The notes beneath the pieces are model-generated. The model was not told the origin of the DNA, made no database searches, and worked only from the letters and a program-made list of their open reading frames with translations. Shown here piece after piece: positions 50,817-62,801 of a stretch of DNA of 64,000 nt. The first letter of the stretch is position 1. Each line of letters opens with the position of its first letter. Made by a program: the position numbers and the translations under genes. This stretch comes from Octopus sinensis. Taxonomy: Eukaryota. The DNA is taken from positions 7,812,001 through 7,876,000 of the forward strand of contig NC_043020.1 of NCBI RefSeq assembly GCF_006345805.1, written 5' to 3'.

Positions 50817-51196
50817 GGAGGCGCAATGGCCCAGTGGTTAGGGCAGCGGACTCGCGGTCGTAGGATCGTGGTTTCAATTCCCAGACCGGGCGTTGTGAGA
50901 GTTTATTGAGCGAAAATGCCTAAAAGCTCCACGAGGCTCCGGCAGGGGATGGTGGTGATCCTTGCTGTACTCTTTCACCACAACTTTCTCTCACTCTTAC
51001 TTCCTGTTTCTGTTGTACCTGTATTTCAAAGGGCCAGCCTTGTCACTCTCTGTGTCACGCTGAATCTCCTCGAGAACTATGTTAGGGGTGCACGTGTCTG
51101 TGGAGTGCTCAGCCACTTACACGTTAATTCCACGAGCAAGCTGTTCCGTTGATCGTATCAGCTGGGACCCTCATCGTCGTAACCGACGGAGTGCTC
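50817..51196 (+). mobile_element. tRNA-derived SINE (resembles the octopus tRNA-Arg-related OR families), full length
   Basis: A-box-like TGGCCCAGTGG, B-box-like GTTTCAATTCCC; 11-bp TSD TATATAATCTA at 50802-50812 and 51203-51213. Confidence 0.85.
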
Positions 51197-51943
51197 CTAT
51201 ACTATATAATCTAACACTACTTCTTTGTTCATTGAGAAATTTTGTAGTTTTCTATGTTATCTGTTACTATCACTAACTATTTCTCTTGTTTAACGTTACT
51301 ATTTACCTATCATCAGATAGACTACCTTGCTGTGTTTCTTCTGACACGTGTGGCTCTGAGTTGAAATCCTCCTGTGTTTAATTTTGCCTTTCATCTTTCC
51401 AAGGGTTGATAAAAAAGAAAAGTACTAATCAAGGGCTGGGGATTGGTGGAACCGTAAAATTGTTTTGTCTGTTCATGTTCTAAGTCCAAATCTCACTGTG
51501 GCCTACTTGTGTAGTAAGTAGCCTTAGCCCATTGCCTTGTTTAAAACACACCATATGGTACAAAGTGGATATACACATGTATAAACATGCAAACATATGC
51601 AACTGCATAATCCATGCCTGTAACCTATATATGCATACATGCTTATATGCATAAATGGATACGTGCATTCACACACATTTTTGTATGTGTACAGTTAAAC
51701 ATTTAAATATACTGGAAATGACATTGTCTATCGAAATTTTAAAATAAGCACAGTGGAACTACACACAGATTGTTGGCAATTTCTTTTCCTTCTTTGGACT
51801 TTTCCCTTCCTCCTTTCCAACAAAGGGCTATGCTCGAAACACCAAAAACTCTCTCCTTTTACTGAGCGTCAAACTAATACGTTCCTTGTCCATGTCCTCT
51901 TGTCTGTTAATTTTATTATTTGAATTTAGTGTTTATATGAACT

Positions 51944-52001
<58 letters not shown>

Positions 52002-52174
52002 CGGAGATGTACTTGCATAGCAAGTGATTTGATCTGAGATCGTGTGCTGGAATGAAAACAATTGCAGCATGGAGGTGTTTGTAAGCCATTTAAGAAACAC
52101 ACAAAAGCCGTTCGATTCACTTCTCGTTGCTATAAGACTGCGACCTGTTCACTGACAAAATCCGTGCTGCATCT

Positions 52175-52228
<54 letters not shown>

Positions 52229-52718
52229 TATTAAGAGACTCCCGGTTAAACACCAACAACAATAAATTGAAAAAATATAAATAATAAATAAAGCAAATGC
52301 AATACTTGAATCCTAACTTCAATTAACTACTCTGTCTTGTGGCATCTTTACACAGCTAGCTGGACTGAGCTGTTCAAACCTATGTGCTTTGGCCAGGGAA
52401 AGTCTTTAGTACCTAAAGCACAATGCAATCACCCCTTCATGACTGGTTGTTCCCCAATACTGCATGTGTTTCAGTTCTCCAGGGCTCTCTCACACACTGA
52501 CGTAACATTGTTGCTCTGTCTGGCGATAAGTTATCTCACATTTTTCACCTTGTACATCCTCCTGGACATTTAGTTTCCCCAGGTTACCAATCAATGTTCA
52601 CATCTAAATATCTTTATGTATCTGAAGATATCTGCAGTGACTATATCCTACACTAATATCCCTCAGTTGCCAATTGAGATTCACATCATGCGTTATCTTT
52701 ATTTGTCCACAGATAAGC

Positions 52719-52758
<40 letters not shown>

Positions 52759-53414
52759 GGTTGTTGTTGTTGTGTTTGCTGTTGTATCTGTCTAGCCAGC
52801 ACAATTATATTTTTTCCCAAGTTGCCAGTACAAGTTTCAGATCACGCCATTTCTTTATTGATTTTGAAGATACGTCCTGATATATACTAGTTGTTGCTGC
52901 TGTTGATAATGCTGCTGATATTTATAAATAGCCACTACTATAATGTCTTTGGGTTGTCCGTGAAGCTTCAGATCACAAGATATCTTTATTGAACCGTGAA
53001 ATCGTTGCAGTATTTTTGGTTGTATCTGATCTGTCAGCAAGTCAGCACGGCCCATCATATATAGTTATATACCGTGTCCCGATCACCCTACCTTACCCTG
53101 TCCTATGCTACCTTTCAGGGTTTCCAGTGCCAAAAACTTGCATTGTTAAGTGTCAGACAAACAAGCTGTCCATCCAACCGAAACAAAGTAATGATATATC
53201 TGTGTGCAACATGTTACAATGATTGTTGGCTACTGTCATTAGCCGACGCATTACAACAGCCATCATTGTAGTGTTGTTAACCAAAGAGAAGGTCTATCAG
53301 GGGCTTGACTAGTTGTTGTAGGGTGCTTTTGTATGGCACTTGGTCAACCCTGATCAAGCAGACTAATGGTCAAATGCATTCCATCCATGACCTTCCTGCC
53401 ATTATAAAATAATA

Positions 53415-53925
53415 ATAATAATAATAATGAAATTATTGTATACAGTGCTCAGGTGCACCACAACTTGTCAGAAAGTGCGTATAAAGCATATGCAGTAATG
53501 TACAAATGTCTGGAAAGCAAACAATGTGTGAGTCAGATACATGCTTGCATGTGTAAGGAGGGGAGAAAATCAGGTGTAGTGTTGGTGAATCTCAGAAAGC
53601 ATGGAAGTGTTGAAGGATGCAGTGCTCCGACAACTAAGAACTGATGCCGGCAGTTTGTTCCATACTTCAGCAACTCTTAGCGTGAAAAAATGTTTCCTAA
53701 AGTCATGGGAGCTGTGCTGTTTTCTGACTTTGTAAACATGCCCATGGGTGTTAGACAGGTGGAGTTTGAAAAGGTGCTCAGAGTTATTGTTGGTAAGATG
53801 GTTAATAATTTTATGGGTGTCTGCCAAGTCAGCTGCCAGATGTCGGAGTTTCAATGTGTCCATGCTCAGGGAAGCAAGGCATTCAGAATATGGTAAATGC
53901 CTGATGGAGGGTATTCTTTTGTTTG
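53415..53925 (-). mobile_element. CR1-like LINE 3' end
   Basis: MDTLKLRHLAADL..HKII...HGHVYKVRK...RKHFFTLRVAEVWNKLP, the CR1 RT C-terminal signature; (ATT)n tail. Confidence 0.85.
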
Positions 53926-54375
53926 CACGTCGCTGAACGGCTTACAGACAATTAATATCCTGGGCAAGATAGGGGTTCCAGACCGGTTTTATTATTTTTC
54001 TTTTGCTTTGTAAGGAATATCTACAGTTATGATACAGATATGGCTGTGTGCTTAAGAAGCCCACTTTGCAACCACCTGCTCCTGGGGTTAGTCCCACTGC
54101 ACAGCAGCTACAACCCCAGATCATTTAATGCCTTGTGAGTGAATTTGGTAAATAGAAACTATGTGGAAGCATGACATGTGTGTGTATCTCTCAACATCAC
54201 TTGACAACCAGTGCTGGTTTGTTTACATCCCCATAATTTGGTGGATTGATAGAATAAGTACTGGGTCAATTTGTTCAACTAAACCCTTCAGAGTGATGCC
54301 CCAGCATGGCAGCAATCCAATAACTGAAGCAAAGATGAAAAATGAACTACATTATATGATGTGGCCTTATATATA

Positions 54376-54411
<36 letters not shown>

Positions 54412-54690
54412 TGTATGTGTGTGTGTGTGTGGTGTGTGTGTGTGTGAATGTATGTATGTATGTATGTATGTATGTGTTTCTTTATTAGCCACACAGGGCT
54501 GAACACAGAGGGGACAAATTACAAAGTAGAGCTTTTCTTTTTGGGAAGAAAAAAAAAAAATTTTTTTAATTAAAAATAAAAGAGGGGTAGGTTTTTGATC
54601 AAAGTGATCGTAACCCCCCCCCCCAAAAAAAAATTATCAATAGGGATCATGTATCACAGAAATGTCATAATTTATATTTATATATATATA

Positions 54691-54721
<31 letters not shown>

Positions 54722-55449
54722 CACACACACAGACATTTAAGTCACAATATATGGATTTAAATAATTCTGTAGAGCTCATTAAAAAAAGCTCCTTAATGTA
54801 TCATTTACAAAACATATAGAATATATAGTATAATTCAAAACTTTTTGCATTAATGCAGACATGTAATCTATCTATTATTAAATATAATAATATAAATTAT
54901 TTTCGTGTTTTTAAGTTACAAAACAATTTGTTGTGACATTAGGATTTTCATCAAATTATTTCTCTGTCATTTTTATATTTTAAGAAAGAAGTGTCTAATT
55001 TGAAATAGAATTGGCTGGTGTTTCTAGCAGACTGAGGAAGCTTGCAGTGACTCTCTTGTTGGCTTGACAGCCATTGTTTAACCCTAGGTCAGTGAGTCAT
55101 GCTTTGCAATTGAGTTGGTTTTTTCAGAACAAAGTAGACAGAGTATTTTGCTATAAAACCATTAGCTCCAATTGTATGGAAAATAAGTAAACTTACAAAA
55201 CCAAATTACTACTATTAGGTTACCATGACAACTGGAATGCAGAACTCTGAGAGAAAGGAATAACAATGAAAATAACAGGGGATGCCATTGTCATGTAATT
55301 AAAAGGTCTGCTTTGCAACCGCATGGTTCCAAAATGAGAATTTTATGAAGGACAGCGAGGAATACTCTTTGGATAAACATCTTCAACAGACATGATGCTG
55401 ATATTGGTCTGAAAGAGAGGAGGAATCATTTGATACCTACATACCTAAA

Positions 55450-55693
55450 TAGCTCCAACCGATCGTGACCGATGCCGGACCCCCCCCCCTGCACCTGTGC
55501 AGGTGGCACGTAAAAAGCACCCACTACACTCGTGGAGTGGTTGGCGTTAGGAAGGGCATCCAACCGTAGAAACTCTGCCAGATCAGACTGGAGCCTGGAG
55601 CAGCCCCTGATTTCCCAGACCCCGGTTGAACCGTCCAACCCGTGCTAGCGCGGAAAACGGACGTTAAACGATGATGTTGATGATGATGATGAT
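55450..55693 (+). mobile_element. SINE family C
   Basis: Near-identical to 30605-30843. Confidence 0.85.
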
Positions 55694-56337
55694 ACTCCAC
55701 AGTAGAAGTGGTGCTGGTGCCACATTAAAAGCACCCAGTACACACTGGATGCCTTGGAAACCCTGCCAGAACAGACAATGGAATCTAGTGTAGCCCCTGG
55801 CCTTACCAGCTCCAATCAAACCATTCAAGAAGAATAAGATGATAATGATGATGATGGTGATTCACTTATAGATACACATTGAGACTGATGATGTATCTCT
55901 ATGCTTCTCTTTGTTGTGTATCACCAGATCAGTTCTTATCATACTGTAGTTCCAAATGTGACCATTACATCTTTTCTACATCAGAGCCTACGTTGTCCAA
56001 TAAATCATTCTTGAAGACAATAGTGTGAGATTTGAGGATAGTTCCAAATGTGACCATCACACCTGGTACTACATTGTCTAACAAATCATTCTTTAAGATA
56101 ATAAGGGAAGATTGGCAGAAAGGAGGAACTACATGTTTGAGGTAGGGTTTGTTGAAGGAATATTTGCCTTATTTTGGATGTGATTTTGGCTGTTTATTTT
56201 GGGTACTGGCAGCTCTATCCCAGATATGTGAAGTGAAATCAATTGTGAAGATTTGTTGGTGTTGCTTACGTGCTAAAATCAACTCCAGACTGGTTGAATT
56301 GTTCTAATCCTGAGAAAGCTTTTGTTTTTCCTTTTAA

Positions 56338-57040
56338 CCTTTTGTCACCATATCTCTGTTGTAACATTCTACTTTTGTGTCAGTTAATTTTGGAAATAAT
56401 GAAGAATTTATTAAAATTACTTTGTCATTATTAAGCTAGTGCTTGGAACGCAAATTGGTACGAACTTTTGATAGAAGGTTTTCATTTAGATCACTTTAGC
56501 TTTTGGTACTATATTTTTGTCAAACGTACATATATTGTCTTGTTTCAATTAATTTTGAAAATAATGAAGAAATTAGTAAAATAACTTTGTCGTTATTAAG
56601 CCACTGTTTGGAACACAAATTAACATAAACTGTTCATGGAAGGTTTTTAATTAAACCACTTTAACCCTTTTGTTGCTATATTTCTGTTGAAATATACTGC
56701 TTTGTTTCAATTAATTTGCAAGTAATGATGAAATTAGTAACATAAATTTGTCCTTATTAAACCGGTGCTTGGAACGTAAATCAACATTAAATTTCGATGG
56801 CAGGTTTTTTAATTAAATCACTTGAACCCTTTTGTTACAAAGTTTCTGTCTTTGTTTTAATAAATTTTGAAAATAACAAAGGCTTTATAAAAGAACTTTG
56901 TTTATTAATTAAGCTGGTGTTTGGAACTTAAATTAACATGAAATTTTGATAGAAAGCATTAATTTAGATCACTTTAACACAGGAAGTTTATGTCCTAGAA
57001 CAATCCATCTGAGGCCTCAGATGGATTAACATCAAAAGGG
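56338..57040. mobile_element. piggyBac-type MITE with four tandem left-arm units (~163 bp) and one right end
   Basis: Units start near 56338, 56500, 56665 and 56827, each after a TTAA-like tetramer; right end AAAAGGG-TTAA. Confidence 0.8.
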
Positions 57041-57284
57041 TTAAAGTACAACATGAAGAAAACATTGGGAGACATGTCAACAATCTCAAGCAAGTAAGAG
57101 TTTTGTGTTGTAAAATCTCAAGAAGAGATTAGAGCAGTAACTACAGTAATCCCTCACCATATCATGGATCATCTGTCACGGTTTATTATTTAAGCTTACG
57201 TTGATTCCTCCATGGTGTTGTTTTGCATTTATTATAAAATAAATATATACAAATTATATAAATAATATATATATATATATATAT

Positions 57285-57655
57285 ATCAAAATAGGCAACA
57301 AGGATATCAAGAAGTAAAGCAGTACGATCGTTTCATGCAACTCCATTTAATTGAACAATGCAATCATTACATCAATTTGAAATGTAGAGCAATCTTCAGT
57401 TGTACAAATTTAATTAAATTCTAATTTAATTAAATTCTATGCCTTTGTGCAGCTGAAGATTGCTCTACAGTTTAAATTGATGTAATGATTGCATTGTTTA
57501 ATTAAATGGAGTTGCCTGAAATGACTGAACTGCATTACCTTTTGATATCCTTGTTGCTTATTTTGATTTTAATCACCTTACTTTGTAATTGTATAGATAA
57601 TATTGTACTAAATTCTGGTGCCTCAATTTAAGTACCATATTCATCTAAATCTATA
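57285..57655 (-). mobile_element. PLE-like element: ~283-bp palindrome with a hammerhead in each arm plus a unique flank
   Basis: 57285-57567 self-complementary; minus 57403-57319 CTGAAGA-TTGC...GCAT-GAA-ACGATCGT-A-CTGC; 57568-57655 homologous to 8065-8150. Confidence 0.75.
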
Positions 57656-57694
57656 TATATACACTGTAATTCCTTGACATATTGCAGTTTATTA

Positions 57695-58090
57695 AATGAT
57701 GAAATTATTGTATACAGTGCTCAGGTGCACCACAACTTGTCAAAAGTGTGTATGAAGATAGCAGTAAGTACAAATGCCTGGAAAGTGAACAATGTATGAG
57801 TCAGATACATGCTTGCGTGTGTATGGAGGGGGAAAATCAGGTGTAGTGTTGGCGAATCTCAGGAAGCATGGAAGTTTTGAAGGATGCAGTCAGTGCTCCG
57901 ACAACTAACAAATGATGCTGGCAGTTTGTTCCATATTTCAGCAACTCTTAGCGTGAAAAAATGTTCCTAAAGTCATGAGAGCTGTGCTGTTTTTGACTTT
58001 GTAAACATGTCCATGGGTGTTAAACAGGTGGAGTTTGAAAAGGTGCTCAGAGTTTTTGTTGGTAAGATTGTTAATAATTTTATGGGTGTC
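57695..58090 (-). mobile_element. CR1-like LINE 3' end
   Basis: Collinear with 53430-53822. Confidence 0.85.
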
Positions 58091-58178
58091 TTACATCGAT
58101 TTCTCCTTGGTGTTGTTTTGCATTTATTATAAAATAAATATGTACAAATTATATGAATAATAAAAAAAAGTAGAAATA

Positions 58179-58555
58179 GGCGCAGGAGTGGCTGTGTGGT
58201 AAGTAGCTTGCTAACCAACCACATGGTTCCGGGTTCAGTCCCACTGCGTGGCATCTTGGGCAAGTGTCTTCTGCTATAGCCCCGGGCCGACCAATGCCTT
58301 GTGAGTGGATTTGGTAGACGGAAACTGAAAGAAGCCTGTCGTATATATGTGTATGTGTTTGTGTTTCTGTGTTTGTCCCCTAGCATTGCTTGACAACCGA
58401 TGCTGGTGTGTTTACGTCCTCGGCAAAAGAGACTGATAGAATAAGTACTGGGCTTACAAAGAATAAGTCCCGGGGTCGAGTTGCTCGATTAAAGGCGGTG
58501 CTCCAGCATGGCCGCAGTCAAATGACTGAAACAAGTAAAAGAGTAAAAGAGAGAG
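58179..58555 (+). mobile_element. SINE family B, young copy
   Basis: Matches 37113-37492 and 62802-63201; small internal deletion. Confidence 0.9.
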
Positions 58556-58793
58556 TACACTACTGTTTCTACTTCACGGATTTTCACCTATCACAGGGGT
58601 TTTGCAACGTAACACCCACAATAGTTGAGGGAGTACTGTATGCTAAAAAGTAAAGACAGTTGCCACATCAGTCTCTTTTTGAGCTTTTACAATTAGCTAT
58701 TTTGCTTTTTGCAAATCATTGAGTGATGGTCGTGACTGAGGATGAGCCTAGCTCAAAACTGAGTCAGCCTTGTGATCCTGTTACCTGCTAGAG

Positions 58794-59012
58794 CAGTGGT
58801 TTTCAACCAGTGTTCCGCGGAACCTTAGGGTTCTGCCAGTACAGTCCAGGGGTTCCGCAAGAAGTTACAAAACTGTTAAAATTGGCAGTAATTTTTAATT
58901 CTCCTGTGCAGATATGTGTGCATAAGACTATTAAATTATTGCACAGGGGTTCCTCAAGACAGTGGAATGTTTCCTTGGGGTTCCGCTCCAGCAAAAAGTT
59001 TGAAAAGCCCTG
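58794..59012. mobile_element. hAT (Buster/Charlie-type) MITE, inverted copy of the 50061-50263 family
   Basis: Perfect 8-bp TSD TGCTAGAG. Confidence 0.92.
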
Positions 59013-59449
59013 TGCTAGAGGGTCATAGGGATTTGCTCCCCCTATTAAAAATGTATATAAAGGGTGCATCGTCTCAGCAGTAACCAACTGGCAGAAAATC
59101 TGCCTGGGGTTAAACTAGTAGTAACCTGGAACAGCCACTTTGATGTGGTGACTGACTTTACAATTAAAAATGTGTGGCGTAAATCAAGGTTTGTATATTT
59201 CCCAGTTGTACTTGTCTGGTAAATGATGTGAGATTATTAGCTGGGACTAAGATTTACATTGTGGTAGAGTTAGTAGCATCATTTCAAACCAGTACTGTAT
59301 TCCCTTTTTGGTATTATGTCTATGCATGCTTTAAAGTGTCAAAACAAACTGTCATTGACCGGATAAGTGTTGTACAATAATGTTTGTGGAAACCTTATAG
59401 CAGACTCTACTGTCATGAATAAATAAATAAATAAACTAAATAGAACAGT

Positions 59450-59672
59450 ATGTATATGTGACCGCCTGTGTACTGTTGGTGATTTTTTTCCTCTGTCTTC
59501 CCTTCTCTGGATCTTTCCTTCTCCAATGTTTCCGACGAAGAGCTCCGCTCGAAACATTAAACCCTCCTTCTTTCCTTCTTTCCTGAGCGTCTAATAATAC
59601 TATATTTGTTCCACGTCCTCGCGTTGTTGTGTTTTTTGTGCTTTCTTGTTTGGATTAACTTTATGTATATAT
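59450..59672 (+). mobile_element. PLE-like short repeat with hammerhead motif at 59528-59562
   Basis: Uninterrupted homologue of 52-520; GTTT-CCGACGA-A-GAGC-tcc-GCTC-GAA-ACAT-T-AAAC. Confidence 0.65.
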
Positions 59673-59778
59673 ATATATATAACGGGAAGCTTTGTGAAAA
59701 TAAACAAAAGATGAAGGCAGTGGGAATACAAACAAACAATTGTATTAGTATGGCGCTCAGGAATATAAATAAAACAAG

Positions 59779-59815
59779 TCTTTTACGTTTCGAGCCTACG
59801 CTCTTCACAGAAAGA
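59779..59815 (-). ncRNA. Minimal hammerhead-like motif lacking A6
   Basis: TCTTT-CTGTGA-A-GAGC-gtag-GCTC-GAA-ACGT-A-AAAGA. Confidence 0.55.
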
Positions 59816-60626
59816 TACCAGAAAAGAAACACAGAAAGAACAAGGAGAGAAAAAATATATATATAATAAAAAAGGGAGGAATAGATTCCTTTCAATCATC
59901 AACTTCCAGAATACCATTTCATATAATTTATTAACTCTATTATTTAGATTAAATAGGGACATCCAAATCCAAACAGAATAATATATATATATATGCATTT
60001 AAATGACTGCTATAGTATTTTCGCAGTCTAAGACATAGCATGGCTGTGTAAAGAAATTTGTTTTGTAACTGCATGGTTTTGAGATGCACTCCCATTGTGT
60101 GACACCTTGGGTGTCTTCTGCTATAACCCCAGGGTGACCAAAGCCTTGTGTGCAGATTTAGTTGATAGAAACTGAAGTAAGTCCAACATGTGTGTGTGTG
60201 TCTGACCTTGTCTTGATATCGTTTGCCAGTTGTAAATGAGTTTATCTGTCATACAAGCAGTGTCGTTCATTTCCAATATTCTGTGAAAATTGCTTGACCA
60301 TGGGGAAATATCATCTTGGTTAGAAACAGGCTAGGGTTGCTGGCAGGAAGGAAATTTGTAAAATGTTGAAACTTGAAAAGGGAAACAAAAAAGAAATTTT
60401 GTCACGAAATTTTTTAACATAAGAAAGAAATCTTTTACTTGTTTCAGTCGTTAGGTTGTGGCCATGCTGGGGCACTGATTTGAAGGGTTTTTGTCAAACA
60501 AATTGGCCTTAAAATGTGTTGTTTTATCCTAGTACTTATTCTATCAGTTTCTTTTGCCAAAACTGCTAAATTATGGGGATGTAAACAAACCAACACTTGT
60601 TGTCAGTTGGTAGGCAGGAGCACAGG

Positions 60627-60856
60627 GGCGGCAAGCTGGCAGAATTGTTAGAATGCTGGACGAAATGCGTAGCCGTATTTCATCTGCCGTTACGTTCTGA
60701 GTTCAAATTCTGCCAAGGTCGACTTTGCCTTTCATCCTTTTGAGGTTGATTAAATAAGTACCAGTTGCACACTGGGGTCGATGTAATCGACTTAACCCGT
60801 TTGTCTGTCCTTGTTTGTTCCCTCTGTGTTTAGCCCCTTGTGGGTAGTAAAGCATA
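60627..60856 (+). mobile_element. SINE family A
   Basis: Full-length match to 219-452. Confidence 0.85.
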
Positions 60857-61499
60857 TACAAACACACAGACAGATACATGAAGGACTTCCACACAGTTTC
60901 CATCTATGAAATTGACTCACAAGGCATTGGTTGGCCCAGGATTATAATAGAATACACTTGGTTACGGTGCCATGCAGCGGGACTGAAACTACACTACACT
61001 AAAAAAAGCAACAATGAATAGTGATGTAGTGTTGAAACCTAAAAAACACGGTCAGTTTGTAATGTAGTAAAATGAGGGAAGTACTTTGATTTGCACCTCT
61101 CCTTTCCTTGTCAACTGTGTGAAACAACTCTACTTTCATTTCTATATAAATATAATTGTTTTAAAGATGTTGTCATGACAACGAGAGACAGTATAAGTTA
61201 GACAGGCAGGCAGAAGTGACGAAGAAGCCAATGTAAGTTCAAAGATGGAGACAGAGAAGAGGAAGGCGATAATCACAGTGAATGAAAGTGACAGGGAGAG
61301 GGGGTTGAGGTAGAGAGAGAGGTGGAGGAGGTGAACAAAGATGTTCAAAATGGACAGCAAAAAAATATCTTTATCAAAATTCATTGAAAATGGAAATTTT
61401 TTTCTGAAATCTTTATTATTATTATTTTAGACTTTATTTTAAAAGGTTGTTCAGAAATTTTGTCAGTTATATAAATATACTCCATTACAATGATTATGT

Positions 61500-61800
61500 G
61501 GAGGCGCAATGGCCTAGTGGTTAGGGCAGCGGACTCGCGGTCGTAGGATCGCGGTTTCGATTCCCAGACCGGGCGTTGTGAGTGTTTATTGAGCGAAAAC
61601 ACCTAAAAGCTCCACGAGGCTCCGGCAGGGGATGTGGTGATCCCTGCTGTACTCTTTCACCACAACTTTCTCCCACTCTTTCTTCTGTTGGCCTGCTCGC
61701 TTAGCCAGCGGGGTGGCGTCATTCGAAGGCTAAAACAATGCGAACACATTGTGACCAGCGATGTGTAACAACATCTGATGGTCTGGTCGGTCACGTGATC
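61500..61800 (+). mobile_element. tRNA-derived SINE (OR-like head, second tail type)
   Basis: Same head as 50817 up to ACTTTCTCYCACTCTT, then a different tail; 10-bp TSD ACAATGATTA at 61487-61496 and 61801-61810. Confidence 0.85.
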
Positions 61801-62801
61801 ACAATGATTACATGGGTTTTTTTTCTAAAAATATCAATTGACTGATCTTATTGAAGTTGTCTCCCTTGTAGTAAATTTTAAATACTCCTACAAGATTAAA
61901 GCTGGAGGGAAAAAGAGGGTAAGTCGAGAGGGGAAGTTGCTGGCTTTGAGCAAAGATGTTCAAAATTTTCAAATATTTTTATTAGGATTTATAAATCAAA
62001 ATGGAATTTTTCTGTGATTTATTATTTTAAATTGATCTAATAAAGGGTTCAGAAATTTTGTTACATATCATAGAATTGCTTTCGAATTTTTCACACAAGA
62101 CTAGCAGTTTTGGGGTAGGGGCTAGGTCAATTAAATCACCCCTAGTGCTCAACTGGTACTTGTTTTAGTGACCCCAAAAGGATGAAAGGCCAAGTCGGCC
62201 TCAGTGGAATTTGAAACTTAGATTGTAAAACCAGATAAAATGCTGCAAAACATTTTGCCCAGCGCACCACCTTACATAAAATTACAATGATTACATATAA
62301 GGTTCTTTTTTATCGAAAATTTCAATCAACTGATCTTTTTGAAGTTATCTCCCTTGCATGTTTTAGGTTTTCAACATTTCTACTGGGAATTTTTGTCTAC
62401 TTATAGTTTGGATAATCTCAGGTGATCAATATTATTTCAACTCAGTATGACACCTGTGTGACCCTGTTATATTTTCATATTTGTATATAGGTGCAGGCAT
62501 GGCTGTGTGGTTATGAAGCTTGCTTTGCAACCATGCTGTTTCAGGTTCTGTCCTATGGCACAGTTCATAGAGCAAGTGTTAGCCCCTGACTGACTCATGC
62601 CTTGTGAAATGAAAATTGTGGTAGATAGAAACTGTGTTGAAGCCCACCATATATATGAGTGTGTGTGTGTATGTGTGTTCCAGTTTGAAAACTGATGTTG
62701 GCATGTTTACATTCCTGTAACTTGGCAGTTTGGTTAAAGAGACATGTAAGTTACCAGATTTGAAGAAACAAATGCTGATGTCAATTTGTTGAATAATAAT
62801 A

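Noticed and set aside
50817-50895. tRNA gene at OR-like SINE heads (also 61500)
   Set aside because: A/B boxes are present, but there is no closing acceptor stem and the sequence continues into SINE body flanked by TSDs.
55880-55915. GAGACTGATGATGTATCTC as a hammerhead
   Set aside because: No stem II or GAAA downstream.
58730-58770. CTGAGGA-TGAGC-cta-GCTC-AAA-ACTGAGT-C hammerhead-like motif
   Set aside because: G12 is mutated and stem I does not pair; counted only as a weak candidate.
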